A DNA stretch of 60,926 nucleotides, counting the filler. It is 4 parts of 4 records of this genome, joined end to end, with 100 filler letters (N's around TTAATTAATTAA, not from the genome) between each part and the next. Parts side by side here need not be neighbours in the genome. Positions count along the whole stretch, not along the records: positions 1 to 29,813 come from SRR20825010_2184; 3 more parts are not named here. The stretch is one strand, 5' to 3'. The stretch's first letter is position 1; every line of letters starts with the position of its first letter. Both the position numbers and the translations under genes were made by a program. The notes below the pieces were generated by a model that was given only the letters and a program-made list of their open reading frames with translations, was not told where the DNA came from and did not search any database. Positions 18,686-29,260 of this stretch are shown piece by piece.

Positions 18686-20200
18686 CTAGTCCGTTCGCCT
18701 GATCTTCACGAAGGCCAGCACCGGAAGCGTGGCGAAGCAGGTCATTGCATAGAGCCAGAAACAGTTGGTGAAGCCGATCAGTGCGGACTGGCGCCAGGCT
18801 TCCCCGGCGATCAGGCCGAGGCTGTCCATCCACTGCACCGCACCGCTGCCGACCGCTGACGGAAATTTCAGCCGCTCCTCGAACGGGCCGATCCCCTCGA
18901 CCATCTCGGCGTATCGGACCTTGCTGGTGCGAACCAGCACGAAAACGCTGACGGCGACATAGAGACTGGTCCCCATGTTCCGGATCAGGTGGAACAGCGA
19001 CGAGGCTTCGGGCAGCAGCGCCCGGTCGAGGGTGGCGAAGCTGACCATGGAAAGCGGCACCCACATCAGCCCGCAGCCGATACCCTGCAGAATGCTCGGC
19101 CAGGCCAGCGCCCAGAAATCCACGTTCAGATCATACAGGCTCATCATCCAGCCACTCATGCCGATGGCCACGGTACCGAGCACCAGACCGACGCGCGGAT
19201 CCACCCGGCCCATTTTCGCCGCCGCATAGAATCCCGCGATCATGCCGACGCCGCGCATCGCCAGCACCAGGCCGATCAGCGTGTCGGGATAGCCGCGATA
19301 GCCCTGCAGCAGCTGGGGCAGCAATACCAGCGGGGTAAAGTTCACCGCCCCATAGACAAAGACAAGAAACAGCCCGACCACGAAATTTCCGTTCCGGAGC
19401 AGGGATGGCCTGATGAAGGGCCGGTCGACGCAGGCACTGTTGGCAATGAACATGGCAAAGGCCGCGATCATGATGATGACCAGCGTGACGATGGTGCCTG
19501 ACTGCAGCCAGTCCTCCCGCTCGCCCCGGTCGAGCACGAGTTGCAACGCGACGATGCTGATCGAGAACAACAGGAAACCGAGATAATCGAAACGCGGCTG
19601 GGCCGCCTTGCCTGCCTCACGGATCCAGCGCAGAACCCCGGCCAGCGCGAGCAGGCTGAAGGGCACGATCATCAGGAAGATGAAGCGCCAGTCATATTCC
19701 TCCGCCAGCCAGCCACCGAGAGACGGCCCGATGGCCGGACCGATAACGACGGACATGCCGAGAAAGCCGTTCGCCCTGGCATGCTCTTCCTTCGGCCAGA
19801 CCTGCAGCACGATAGCCTGACTGAGAGGCACAACCGGTGCGCCGAACCCGCCCTGCAGGATGCGGAAAAACAGCACCGCCTCCAGCGAGGTCGCCATGGC
19901 GCAGGCGACCGAGGCCAGGGTGAAACCGGAAAGACAAACGATCAACAGCCGGCGCTGGCCGAACCAGGCAACCAGCGAGCCGGTCAGCGGCGTCACCACC
20001 GCCGTCGCCACCACGTTCAGCGTCACCACCCAGGAAATCTCCTCGGTGGTCGCCGCGAACGTACCCTGCATCTGCGGCAAGGCCACATTGACGATGGTCA
20101 TGGTCAGCGCATAGAGCGTGCACGCGCAGGCCATGGTGACGAGGACGAGCACCCTGTATGTGGCATCATCGTCCGTTGCCGTCGCCGCAACAGCCGCCAT
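18686..20200 (-). CDS. EmrB/QacA (DHA2) MFS efflux transporter
   Basis: TIVNVALPQM, FRILQGGFG, GPAIGPSLGG, LDRGERE DW-type motif; many TM segments. Confidence 0.9.
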   Translation of the reverse strand: MAAVAATATDDDATYRVLVLVTMACACTLYALTMTIVNVALPQMQGTFAATTEEISWVVTLNVVATAVVTPLTGSLVAWFGQRRLLIVCLSGFTLASVACAMATSLEAVLFFRILQGGFGAPVVPLSQAIVLQVWPKEEHARANGFLGMSVVIGPAIGPSLGGWLAEEYDWRFIFLMIVPFSLLALAGVLRWIREAGKAAQPRFDYLGFLLFSISIVALQLVLDRGEREDWLQSGTIVTLVIIMIAAFAMFIANSACVDRPFIRPSLLRNGNFVVGLFLVFVYGAVNFTPLVLLPQLLQGYRGYPDTLIGLVLAMRGVGMIAGFYAAAKMGRVDPRVGLVLGTVAIGMSGWMMSLYDLNVDFWALAWPSILQGIGCGLMWVPLSMVSFATLDRALLPEASSLFHLIRNMGTSLYVAVSVFVLVRTSKVRYAEMVEGIGPFEERLKFPSAVGSGAVQWMDSLGLIAGEAWRQSALIGFTNCFWLYAMTCFATLPVLAFVKIRRTD

Positions 20201-20344
20201 GAATGTCTTCCTCCCCCTGGGCCGCCGTTGATCCGGAGCTCCATTTGATGCAATCAGCTTAAGAGAAACCGGCGCGAAAGTGGCAAATCTTCCAGGGCAG
20301 GAATGTCATCCCGGCCCCGAACGGGCCATGCAGGCCTCCGGTTG

Positions 20345-21331
20345 TCAGTTTCCGCTAACGCCGGGAGACGGGTAAATCCGCGCGGCAAGCGGCAGCGCGA
20401 CCGTCTTTTCGATAAGCATCTCGATCAGGCCTTTTTCCGCGCGGTTGAGCCGGGAGGCGGGGTTGGTCACGAGGTATATGTCGATCGCGGGCGGATTGTC
20501 ATAAGGCGGCAGCCGCCAGAGCAGGCCATCCTCGATATCCCGCGTCACCGCATGGATCGGCAGCGGGCCGATGCCCACACCGGCGACGATCAGACGCTTC
20601 ACCTCTTCCAGCTGGGAGGAGGTCGCCCGTATCGTGTCGTCGAGATTGAGCTGGGTGCGGAGTATGGCGATGGGCCGGAGAGCGTCCTGCAGGCTGTCCG
20701 TATCGAACGTGACCGAAGGCTCCCCGTCGAGATTCTCCAAAGTCAGGTTGTGCTGGCCGAAAAAGCGGTGGGTCGGGCCGCAGAAGAAGGCGAAATGCTC
20801 CCGGAACAGCTTGTCATAGGTAAGGTCCGGGTGCTGCCGGTGCACCAGGCAGATGCCAAGACTGGCTTCCTTCTCCAGCACCGATGCCACCACGTCCGCA
20901 CTGGTTCTGACGGACAGGTCGTAGCTCACATTCTGGTGCCGGTGGCTGAACTCCCTGAGCGTCTCGTCCAGCGGCGGAAACACCACATGGCTGGCCAGAC
21001 GTATTCTTACATGGCCGCGTATCTCGTCCTCGATGTCCCGCAATTCCACCGTCAGGCGGGCGATGGTGCCATGGATTTCGAGTGCTTCTCCGTACAGGCG
21101 CTGCCCCGCGTCGGTGACCCGGAAATGGCTCGGCCCCCGATCGATAAGGCGTTTGCCGAGGCTTGTTTCCAGCCGCTTCAGGGCATTGCTGACACTCGGC
21201 TGCTTCAGCAGCAGGCGATCCGCCGCGGCCGTGATCCCGCCCTCCTGCACGATCGCGATGAAGGTCCGGAGCAGGTTCCAGTCCAGCTCCCGCGCGAGCC
21301 GCTCGCTGTCGTCCATCCGCGGCAGTTCCAT
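20345..21331 (-). CDS. LysR family transcriptional regulator
   Basis: LDWNLLRTF..GITAAA..QPSVSNALKRLE HTH; divergent from the ABC operon. Confidence 0.92.
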   Translation of the reverse strand: MELPRMDDSERLARELDWNLLRTFIAIVQEGGITAAADRLLLKQPSVSNALKRLETSLGKRLIDRGPSHFRVTDAGQRLYGEALEIHGTIARLTVELRDIEDEIRGHVRIRLASHVVFPPLDETLREFSHRHQNVSYDLSVRTSADVVASVLEKEASLGICLVHRQHPDLTYDKLFREHFAFFCGPTHRFFGQHNLTLENLDGEPSVTFDTDSLQDALRPIAILRTQLNLDDTIRATSSQLEEVKRLIVAGVGIGPLPIHAVTRDIEDGLLWRLPPYDNPPAIDIYLVTNPASRLNRAEKGLIEMLIEKTVALPLAARIYPSPGVSGN

Positions 21332-21471
21332 TCACCATTCCTTAAATCAATGACCATGATTTGCATTATCTATTGGAACAATGACCGAGCCTGATCGAAA
21401 TTTCTATCTTCGAGAAGAGCCGGAAAACCGGCCGCTCGAAAGCAGGGTCGCGTATCGTTGGGGACATTCAG

Positions 21472-22341
21472 GTGAGCGCATTGCGTAGCAAGGCCATGAG
21501 GCCATGGTGGCTCTTGTCGCCAGCATTGGTCACGATCACGCTGCTGGTCGTCGTGCCGATGTCGCTGATCCTGATCTATTCCTTCTATATCAATATCGAC
21601 CTCGGCGTGGACCAGCCTGCTTTCTCTTTCGAGAACTGGTCGGAGCTTTTCAGCGACAGTTATTATCATGTGGCGATCTGGAAAACCTTCCGGCTCGCCG
21701 CGATCGTGACCGTGCTCGCAGCTTTTCTCGGATACATCCCGGCCTATTTCATCGCCAACACGACCTTCAAGCATAAATGGCTGCTGCTTCTGCTGCTGAT
21801 CCTGCCCTTCTGGGTCAGCTTCATCATCCGCACGCTTTCCTGGATCCATATCCTGGGCAATCAGGGCGCCATCAACGGGCTGCTGCTCTGGCTCGGCATC
21901 ATCGACGAGCCGCTGCAGATGATGTTCAACGAATTCTCCGTCGTGCTCGGCTTCCTGCATGTCTACCTGCCTTTCATGATCCTGAACGTCTATGTCAGCC
22001 TGGAAGGGATTGACCGGAATCTGGTTCCGGCGGCGCGGACCCTCGGCTGCGCGCCCATGCAGGCGTTCCGGGAAGTGACGCTGCCGCTGTCCCTGCCGGG
22101 GCTTGCCGCCGGCAGTCTGCTGGTTTTCGTGCTGACCGCCGGAAGCTATGTGACGCCCCTGATCCTGGGCGGGCCGAACGACTTCCTGTTCGGCAACCTG
22201 ATCTATGACGCCGTGCTGTCCGAGCTGAACTGGCCGATGGGCGCGACGCTGTCCTTCGCGCTGCTGGTGCTGCTCGGGGTGGTGGTCGTGCTCTACAGCC
22301 GGCTGATGGGCATGAACCAGCTTTACAAAGCGTTCGGGTAG
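21472..22341 (+). CDS. ABC transporter permease (PotB-like)
   Basis: PFWVSFIIR, AARTLG..FREVTLPLSLPG EAA loop. Confidence 0.9.
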   Translation: MSALRSKAMRPWWLLSPALVTITLLVVVPMSLILIYSFYINIDLGVDQPAFSFENWSELFSDSYYHVAIWKTFRLAAIVTVLAAFLGYIPAYFIANTTFKHKWLLLLLLILPFWVSFIIRTLSWIHILGNQGAINGLLLWLGIIDEPLQMMFNEFSVVLGFLHVYLPFMILNVYVSLEGIDRNLVPAARTLGCAPMQAFREVTLPLSLPGLAAGSLLVFVLTAGSYVTPLILGGPNDFLFGNLIYDAVLSELNWPMGATLSFALLVLLGVVVVLYSRLMGMNQLYKAFG

Positions 22342-22350
22342 GAGGCGGTC

Positions 22351-23133
22351 ATGGGGTGGAGCCTGATCCGGCTTTATACGATCGCCGTCTATGTCTTCAT
22401 GTTCGCGCCGGTCGCGGTCGTGCTGCTGCTGGCTTTCAACAGCTCCCAGTTCGGCGGCTTCCCGATCGAGGGTTTCAGCCTGCAATGGTTCGAAAAACTG
22501 TTCGAGAACGAGGCCATCGTGCGGGCCTTCAAGACCTCGTTCCTGCTCGGCATCGGCACCTCGATACTGGCGACAACACTGGGCATCCTCGCCTCGTTGG
22601 CGCTGGTGCGCTACCGCTTCCCGGGCAAGGACTGGATCACCACCTACCTGATCTCGCCCGTGCTGGTGCCGGAAACCGTGCTCGCCGTCGGGCTGCTGCT
22701 GTTCCTGCGCTGGCTCTCCATGCCGCGCTCCTTCCTGCTGCTGCTGGTCGGACACACGATCATCGCCCTGCCCTTCGTGGTGCTGGTGGTGCAGGCGCGG
22801 CTTGTTGGCATCCGCAAGGATTACGAGGAAGCAGCCCTCAGCCTCGGCGCCAATCCGCTGCAGACCTTCTTCCAGATCACGCTGCCGCTCCTGATGCCGG
22901 CCGTGTTCGCGGGCGCGCTTTTCGCCTTCACCATTTCCTTCGACAACATCACAGCCACCGTTTTCTGGCGTCCGGCCGGCTCCGAGACCGTGCCGACCCA
23001 GATCTTCGGAATGCTGCGCAATTCGGTCAGCCCGGAGATCAATGCCCTTGGCTTCGTGATGATCGTCGTGACCGTCGGCGTCCCGCTCATGGCGGGCGGA
23101 CTCGCCCGGTATTTCACCCGCAAAAAACGATAA
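22351..23133 (+). CDS. ABC transporter permease (PotC-like)
   Basis: GFSLQWF, EEAALSLGA, FTISFD, SPEINA. Confidence 0.9.
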   Translation: MGWSLIRLYTIAVYVFMFAPVAVVLLLAFNSSQFGGFPIEGFSLQWFEKLFENEAIVRAFKTSFLLGIGTSILATTLGILASLALVRYRFPGKDWITTYLISPVLVPETVLAVGLLLFLRWLSMPRSFLLLLVGHTIIALPFVVLVVQARLVGIRKDYEEAALSLGANPLQTFFQITLPLLMPAVFAGALFAFTISFDNITATVFWRPAGSETVPTQIFGMLRNSVSPEINALGFVMIVVTVGVPLMAGGLARYFTRKKR

Positions 23134-23162
23134 CCGCCATACTGAACAGAGGAGTTTCAGAG

Positions 23163-24326
23163 ATGAAAATCAGTTCGACGAAGCGTTACGAAAGCCTGCG
23201 CGAGCGCATGGGTAACGGCGACATGGACCGCCGCTCCTTCATGGCACTGCTCGGCTATGCCGGCATCGCCGCCGGTGTCGCCGGCGGTGCCATGACCGGC
23301 CTCAGCCGCCATGCCATGGCCGCCGGAACCGACATCTATTTCGAAGGCTGGGGCGGTGTCGTCAGCGAGGCCCTGCGCAAGCATGCTTTCGATCCCTACT
23401 CGGCGAAGAGCGGCAACAAGGTCATCGATTCCGCTTTCGGCGGCGAGGCCGAAGTGCTGACCAAGATCAAGGCGGCCGGCTCCATCGACGGCCACAACAT
23501 GCTGCATTCCTCCGGCGTGAGCTGGTACCAGCGCTGGATCGATAACGGCTATGGCAGTGAGCTGAACGAGGCCAACATCCCGAACATGACCAATGTGATG
23601 GACGCCATCATCAAGCCGTTCCGGGCGATCACGCCGAACAGCCTGTCCGCCGTGCCGTACGATTACGGCACCACCGGCATCGCCTACAACACCAAGCATG
23701 TCTCCAAGGAAGAAGCCGAGGCACTGGGCGCAAATCTGCTGCTCAAGAAAGAGCTGAAAGGCAAGATCGGCGGCTGGGGCGGCGACTGGGCGAACCGGGC
23801 CTGGTACGGCGCGCTGCAATCCGATCAGGATCCGAACAACATCCAGGACTGGGACGCGGTCTGGGAGAAAGCCCGTGAGCATCGTGGCCTGATCGTCAAA
23901 TACTGGGAGTCCGGGGCCGAGCTGATGGATCTCCTCGCCAAGGAAGAGATCTATGTCACCGAGGCATGGTCCGGCCGTGTCGCCGCCCTGCAGGCGCAAG
24001 GCCATCCGATCGGCTATCTCGATCCGAAGAACGGCCTCGCCTGGATGGAAAGCATGTTCGTGCTCAAGGGCTCGCCGATGGCCGACGCCGAAGAGCTGCT
24101 GAACTTCATGCTGGCACCGGAAACCGCGCTCGCTGTCGCCGAAGGACAGAAATATCCGTCCTCGCTCGATCCGAACAAGGTTGCCATGTCCGACACGATC
24201 AAGGGCCTGCCGGCCTTCGATCCGACCGGCAAGCTGGAAGGCCTCGTGTTCCGTGATCCGACGACCTGGAACCCGGTCGAAAAGGCGCAGAAGAAGCAGT
24301 GGAACCGCATCAAGAAAGGGGCCTGA
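23163..24326 (+). CDS. PotD/PotF-like periplasmic substrate-binding protein with Tat-like signal
   Basis: MDRRSFM twin-Arg, VPYDYGTTGIAYN, AWSGR; GGAG RBS. Confidence 0.88.
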   Translation: MKISSTKRYESLRERMGNGDMDRRSFMALLGYAGIAAGVAGGAMTGLSRHAMAAGTDIYFEGWGGVVSEALRKHAFDPYSAKSGNKVIDSAFGGEAEVLTKIKAAGSIDGHNMLHSSGVSWYQRWIDNGYGSELNEANIPNMTNVMDAIIKPFRAITPNSLSAVPYDYGTTGIAYNTKHVSKEEAEALGANLLLKKELKGKIGGWGGDWANRAWYGALQSDQDPNNIQDWDAVWEKAREHRGLIVKYWESGAELMDLLAKEEIYVTEAWSGRVAALQAQGHPIGYLDPKNGLAWMESMFVLKGSPMADAEELLNFMLAPETALAVAEGQKYPSSLDPNKVAMSDTIKGLPAFDPTGKLEGLVFRDPTTWNPVEKAQKKQWNRIKKGA

Positions 24327-24340
24327 GCCCTTTTCGCGGC

Positions 24341-24368
24341 CGGGCCGGACCGCATCTGGTCCGGCCCG
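24341..24368. terminator. Intra-operon stem-loop after the substrate-binding protein gene
   Basis: CGGGCCGGACC-gcatct-GGTCCGGCCCG perfect 11-bp stem. Confidence 0.6.
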
Positions 24369-24398
24369 TTTCCCGAAGCATAAACAGAGGTATCGGAC

Positions 24399-25490
24399 GT
24401 GGCGCAGGTTGATCTTGTCGGTGTGAGAAAGGCCTTTGGCCAGGTGGTCGCGGTCGAGGACGCGAACATCAGCTTCGAGGAAGGGTCCTTCACGACGCTC
24501 CTCGGCCCGTCCGGCTGCGGGAAGACGACGCTGCTGCGGATGATCGCGGGGCTGGAATTCCCGACCACCGGGGACATTCTGGTCGGCGGCAAGCGGGTCA
24601 ACGACCTGCCGATCCACAAGCGCAATCTCGGCCTCGTGTTCCAGAACTACGCCCTGTTCCCGCACAAGACCATCGCCGAGAATATCGGCTTCGGCCTGAA
24701 ATACCGGAACATCCCGAAAGCGGACATACGGAAGAAGGTGACCGACGCCCTCGACATCGTTCGCCTGCCCGGCGTCGAGGACCGTTTCCCGACCCAGCTC
24801 TCCGGTGGCCAGCAGCAGCGTATCGCCCTGGCCCGCGCCATCGTGATCGAGCCGGACGTGCTGCTGCTCGACGAGCCGCTCTCCGCCCTCGACGCCAATC
24901 TGCGCGAGGAAATGCGGGTCGAGCTGAAGGCGATCCAGAACCGCATCGGCGTCACCTCGATTTTCGTGACGCACGACCAGTCCGAAGCACTCGCCATGTC
25001 CGACCGCATCGTCGTCATGAGCGCCGGCCGGGTCGAACAGATCGGCTCCCCCGAGGAAGTCTATAACCGGCCCGCCTCGGAATTCGTCAGCTCGTTCCTC
25101 GGTAACGCCAACATCCTCTCCGGCACGATCCGGCAGATAGAGGCGGGCATGGCGGAAATCGAGATCATGGATCTCGGCACCGTTCTGGCCGACCTTGATG
25201 CCAGCACCGGCTCAGAATTCGTGCAGGGCCAACCCGTCCGAATCTCGATCAAGTCGGAGAAACTGGCTCTGAACGGAGCCGAAGCAACATCAAACAGAGC
25301 GGAAGCGAGCACCATATTGGCCGCGCGGGTCCGCGACGTCGACTATCAGGGCCAGGTCGCCCGCTACTTCCTCAGCAGCGGCGGCCATACCCTGCAGGCC
25401 CTCAACCCGATCGACGAGCGCCCGCACGCCGCCGGGGCGGAAGTCTCGGTAACCATCCGCCCCCGCGATTGCGTCATCCTGCCGTCGTGA
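24399..25490 (+). CDS. ABC transporter ATP-binding protein (PotA-like)
   Basis: GPSGCGKT, LSGGQQQR, LLLDEP, VTHDQ, TOBE-like tail. Confidence 0.93.
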   Translation: MAQVDLVGVRKAFGQVVAVEDANISFEEGSFTTLLGPSGCGKTTLLRMIAGLEFPTTGDILVGGKRVNDLPIHKRNLGLVFQNYALFPHKTIAENIGFGLKYRNIPKADIRKKVTDALDIVRLPGVEDRFPTQLSGGQQQRIALARAIVIEPDVLLLDEPLSALDANLREEMRVELKAIQNRIGVTSIFVTHDQSEALAMSDRIVVMSAGRVEQIGSPEEVYNRPASEFVSSFLGNANILSGTIRQIEAGMAEIEIMDLGTVLADLDASTGSEFVQGQPVRISIKSEKLALNGAEATSNRAEASTILAARVRDVDYQGQVARYFLSSGGHTLQALNPIDERPHAAGAEVSVTIRPRDCVILPS

Positions 25491-25515
25491 ACGCCGCGCT
25501 GCCGGGCTGCTATCC

Positions 25516-26733
25516 CTATCTGAGGTCGGCCACGTCATCTCCGGTCACGGGCGCCGCCCTGTTCCCGAATGCATTCCGGACATAGGTTGCCACGGCGGCG
25601 ACCTCTCCGTCCGAGAGCTTCCAGTCGAACGGCGGCATCGCCTGGGGTGTGGGATAGGCTCCGGTCGGGGCGGCACGCACGCCTTCCAGGATCAGCCGCA
25701 GAACCGTTGTGGGGTTTGAGGATTCGACCAGCGAGGAATCTGCAAGCGCCCCGAACATCCCGGGCACGCCCTTGCCGTTCGGGCCATGACATGCCGAACA
25801 CTGTGTCGCATAGATCTCCGCACCGAAGTCGAGCACCGTTCTGTCCGGAGACTCGGTCTCAACCGGCTCGACGGGATCAAGCGGCAGATCCTTCAAATAA
25901 GTCACGACGGCTTCAAGGTCCGCGTCGGTCATCCAGCGGGTCGATTTCTCCACGACCTCCGCCATCGGCCCGATAGCAGCGGTCCGGCCGTTGCGTCCAT
26001 GCTTAAGAAAACTCTTGAGCTCGTCACGGCTCCAGTCCCCGATACCGCCAGCATCGCCGGTGCGAAGCGATGGCGCAAACCAGCCCTCGGCCATGCCGCC
26101 GGTGAAGCGCTCGGCGCCGTCTTTCTCCGCCCCCATGAGATTGCGCGGGCTGTGGCAGGAGGAACAATGGCCGAGCCCCTCGACCAGATAGCGGCCGCGG
26201 TTCCAGTCGGCTGACTTTTCGCTGTCGGGGATGAAATCCTTATCCTCGAAATTCAGCAAATTCCAGGCCCGGACAGACACCCGCATGTTTACCAGAGGCA
26301 GCATATCGGGCGCGCGCACCACATTCCGGACCGGCTCCAGCGTCTGCAGATAAGCGAAGATCGCATCCGAATCCGCCCGGGTGACATAGGTGAAATGGGT
26401 ATAGGGGAATGCCGGATAGAGCGCCTCCCCGTCCTCGCCGATGCCCTCGTTCATCGCCCGATAGAAGGTTTCGGGAGTCCAGTCGCCGATACCGGTCGCG
26501 GCGTCGGGGGTGATGTTGGCCGAATAGATTGTCCCGAACGGTGTCGGAAGCTCCCGGTCCCCGGCGAAGGGATGTTCCGGCTCGGCTGTGTGGCAGGCCG
26601 CGCAATCGCCCATCCGGGTGAGGTACAGGCCACGCTGAACAGTCGTCCAGGCGTTGGAGTCACTTGCCTGGGCCGGCGCCGCGGCGATCACGCCAAAGAC
26701 GAGAGCCAGCCAGATTTTTGCGGAGGTTCTCAT
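25516..26733 (-). CDS. Gluconate 2-dehydrogenase-type triheme cytochrome c subunit
   Basis: Three CxxCH (CAACH, CSSCH, CSACH), TPFGTIYSANITPD, signal peptide. Confidence 0.9.
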   Translation of the reverse strand: MRTSAKIWLALVFGVIAAAPAQASDSNAWTTVQRGLYLTRMGDCAACHTAEPEHPFAGDRELPTPFGTIYSANITPDAATGIGDWTPETFYRAMNEGIGEDGEALYPAFPYTHFTYVTRADSDAIFAYLQTLEPVRNVVRAPDMLPLVNMRVSVRAWNLLNFEDKDFIPDSEKSADWNRGRYLVEGLGHCSSCHSPRNLMGAEKDGAERFTGGMAEGWFAPSLRTGDAGGIGDWSRDELKSFLKHGRNGRTAAIGPMAEVVEKSTRWMTDADLEAVVTYLKDLPLDPVEPVETESPDRTVLDFGAEIYATQCSACHGPNGKGVPGMFGALADSSLVESSNPTTVLRLILEGVRAAPTGAYPTPQAMPPFDWKLSDGEVAAVATYVRNAFGNRAAPVTGDDVADLR

Positions 26734-28490
26734 GCCTGCACCATGGGGCCGGGGTTGCGCAGATACTGCTCGCGGATGGCCTGAGCCGAATGATAGGCAA
26801 GGGCCGCCACGGTTCCGGTCGGGTTGTAGCCGGGATTTTGCGGAAAGGCCCCGGCGCCCATCAGGAACAGGTTCGGCAGGTCCCAGCTCTGCTGGTATTT
26901 GTTCAGCACGCTGTTACGCGGAGTGTCGCCCATGATCGTGCCGCCGGTATTGTGGGTCGACTGGTAGGGTGAAATGTCATAGGGCACCCTGGCCTGCCCG
27001 ACCCTGATCTCGCGCCCGCCCATGGCCCGGGCAATTTCGGTCGCACGCTCGGTGATGTAGCGCGACATCCTGATGTCATTGTCCTTGTAGTCGAAGGTCA
27101 TCCGCATCAAAGGGCGGCCATAGGCATCGCTATAGTCCGGATCGAGGTCCAGATAGTTGGAGCGGTAGCTCATCACCGCGCCATGGGTGCCAACACCGAT
27201 CGTGTGGTTGTAGTTGTCGCGGACCGCCTGTTTCCAGCCGAGCCCGAATTTGGGTGTGCCCTCCGGCACGGCATGGCTTTCTATCGGCCGGCCATTGGTT
27301 TGCCATTGCGCGATATAGCCGCCGCCGATGAAGCCGAGGCCGGAATGGTCGAAATTGTCGCCGTTGAACTCGTCGATCACCTGACCGAGGGCACCGGCGC
27401 CGACAAACGGGTTCACCGCCAGATCGTCGTAGAAGACCTTGACCCCCGAGACGATCTGATAGGCGTAGTTCTTGCCGACCACACCCTCGCCCGTCGACGG
27501 ATCGTACGGTTGCCCGATCCTGGAATGCAGCATCAGGTGAACGTTATGAGTGATGTAGGCGGCGAGGATCACGATGTCGGCGGGCTGATAGAATACCTCG
27601 CCCTCCTCGTTCACATACTCGACGCCTTTGGCCTGCCCGCCTTCATGCACGACACGCAGCACCATCGAGCCGGTCCGCAGGGTGAAGTTTTTCCGCCGCA
27701 TCAGCACCGGCAGGATCGTCGTGTTGGCGGTCGCCTTGGAATAGTTGCCGCAGGCGAATTTCTCACAGAAGCCACAATAAGTGCAGGGTGCGAGCTGAAC
27801 CCCGAGCGGGTTGGTATAGGCCTGGCTCATATTCGCCGAGGGGCCGGGAAAGGGAGAATAGCCCAGCTCCCGCGCCGCATCGGCAAAAACCATCGGCGCC
27901 TTGACCATGCTCATCGGCGGGTTCGGATATTCGCTTGAGCGCGGCCCCTCGAAAGGATTGCCGCCTTCCCGGATCTCACCGTTCAGATTGCCGGCTTTAC
28001 CGGAAATGCCGCAGATCTTCTCGAACGTGTCGTAATGCGGCTCCAACTCGTCATAGGTGATGCCCCAGTCCTGGATTGTCATATCTTCGGGGATCGCATC
28101 GGCGCCATAGCGCTCGATATTGTGGGAACGCGCCTGAAAATCGGATGGCAGGAAGCGCCATGTCTGCCCGTTCCAGTGCACCCCGGAGCCGCCAACGCCG
28201 GTCCCCGGCAGGAAAGAGCCGAGCATGCGCATCGGCAGGGCGGTCTGGTCGGAGCGATTACGGAAAGTCAGCGTCTCGCGCGACAATGCTTCGAACAGCT
28301 CGTCCCGATAGCGGTACCGCACCTCGTCCTGGGCATTGGTGACCGCGTAGTCGGTTGAGGTATCGCGCCAGAGCCCGCGCTCCAGCGCCAGAACGTCGAG
28401 ACCTTCGTTGGTGAGTTGCTCAGCCATGATCGCCCCGGTCCAGCCGAACCCGACGATCACCACGTCTTTATGCGGCATCTTGGTTGTCAT
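26730..28490 (-). CDS. Gluconate 2-dehydrogenase flavoprotein subunit (GMC family)
   Basis: VGFGWTG, GGSGVHWNG, CTYCGFCE, YQSTHNTGG, GYNPTGT. Confidence 0.9.
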   Translation of the reverse strand: MTTKMPHKDVVIVGFGWTGAIMAEQLTNEGLDVLALERGLWRDTSTDYAVTNAQDEVRYRYRDELFEALSRETLTFRNRSDQTALPMRMLGSFLPGTGVGGSGVHWNGQTWRFLPSDFQARSHNIERYGADAIPEDMTIQDWGITYDELEPHYDTFEKICGISGKAGNLNGEIREGGNPFEGPRSSEYPNPPMSMVKAPMVFADAARELGYSPFPGPSANMSQAYTNPLGVQLAPCTYCGFCEKFACGNYSKATANTTILPVLMRRKNFTLRTGSMVLRVVHEGGQAKGVEYVNEEGEVFYQPADIVILAAYITHNVHLMLHSRIGQPYDPSTGEGVVGKNYAYQIVSGVKVFYDDLAVNPFVGAGALGQVIDEFNGDNFDHSGLGFIGGGYIAQWQTNGRPIESHAVPEGTPKFGLGWKQAVRDNYNHTIGVGTHGAVMSYRSNYLDLDPDYSDAYGRPLMRMTFDYKDNDIRMSRYITERATEIARAMGGREIRVGQARVPYDISPYQSTHNTGGTIMGDTPRNSVLNKYQQSWDLPNLFLMGAGAFPQNPGYNPTGTVAALAYHSAQAIREQYLRNPGPMVQA

Positions 28491-29188
28491 GGCGTGATCC
28501 TCCCGCCAATGGAGACGGGATCCAGCACCACGGGCTGGCCGTCATGATTGATCCAGGGGCGATAGTCGTAGCGCGCGCCGGGAAAGCCGATCATCCGCCA
28601 GCCGGCCATGTCGCGGTTGCCGCCATGAACCGGATCGCCGAAATAGCCTTCAAGCGTGTTCTGCCAGAGCATGTCGAAGAACGTTTTGGCCACGACATGC
28701 TCAAGCTCCAGCGTGCCCTCGGAAAGCTCCGAAAGGACCGCGTCCTGTTCAGCCTCCGGCAGATCGGCAAAGCGTGGGCGCCCCGACGCAGCCAGGGCCG
28801 CCTCGATATCGGCGATTGCCTGGCGGTACAGCAAAGCCGGGGCTTCGGACTGATAGCCCTGGGTCGGCAGACCTTCCCGGAAAGGAGGATGCATATAGTA
28901 GATGTCGCCGCGCCCGAACGATCCGGCCAGTTGGGCATCGATATAATCGACCGCCCCGATCTCCGATGCGGAGGGCGCGTCGTCTGCAGGGATCAGCCGG
29001 TCAACGGCTGCCGTGATAAAAGCCCGCTCATTTGCCGTCAGATAGACCGCATCCGGGTCGAACCTCTCGGGCGGAACCGCCTTGCCCGCGAGCCACGGTA
29101 CGGACCCCCGGTATTCTCGTGCCTCCACACTTCCCGTGAGGGCAAGAGCGGAGACTCCCAGCAGAAAGGATCTGCGCTTAAGTCGCAT
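28487..29188 (-). CDS. Gluconate 2-dehydrogenase subunit 3 (Tat-exported)
   Basis: KRRSFL Tat motif, EGYFGDPVHGGNRDMAGWRMIGFPG. Confidence 0.9.
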   Translation of the reverse strand: MRLKRRSFLLGVSALALTGSVEAREYRGSVPWLAGKAVPPERFDPDAVYLTANERAFITAAVDRLIPADDAPSASEIGAVDYIDAQLAGSFGRGDIYYMHPPFREGLPTQGYQSEAPALLYRQAIADIEAALAASGRPRFADLPEAEQDAVLSELSEGTLELEHVVAKTFFDMLWQNTLEGYFGDPVHGGNRDMAGWRMIGFPGARYDYRPWINHDGQPVVLDPVSIGGRITP

Positions 29189-29260
29189 GATATAACTCTC
29201 CCGGCATTTTCATGGTTAATGCCGGGGGGCCGGGAAGAGTTCCGGACTTTTTTCAGCACA

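Noticed and set aside
22356-23162. 656-aa ORF suggesting a fused substrate-binding protein
   Set aside because: The upstream part overlaps the permease in another frame; the real start is ATG 23163 with an RBS
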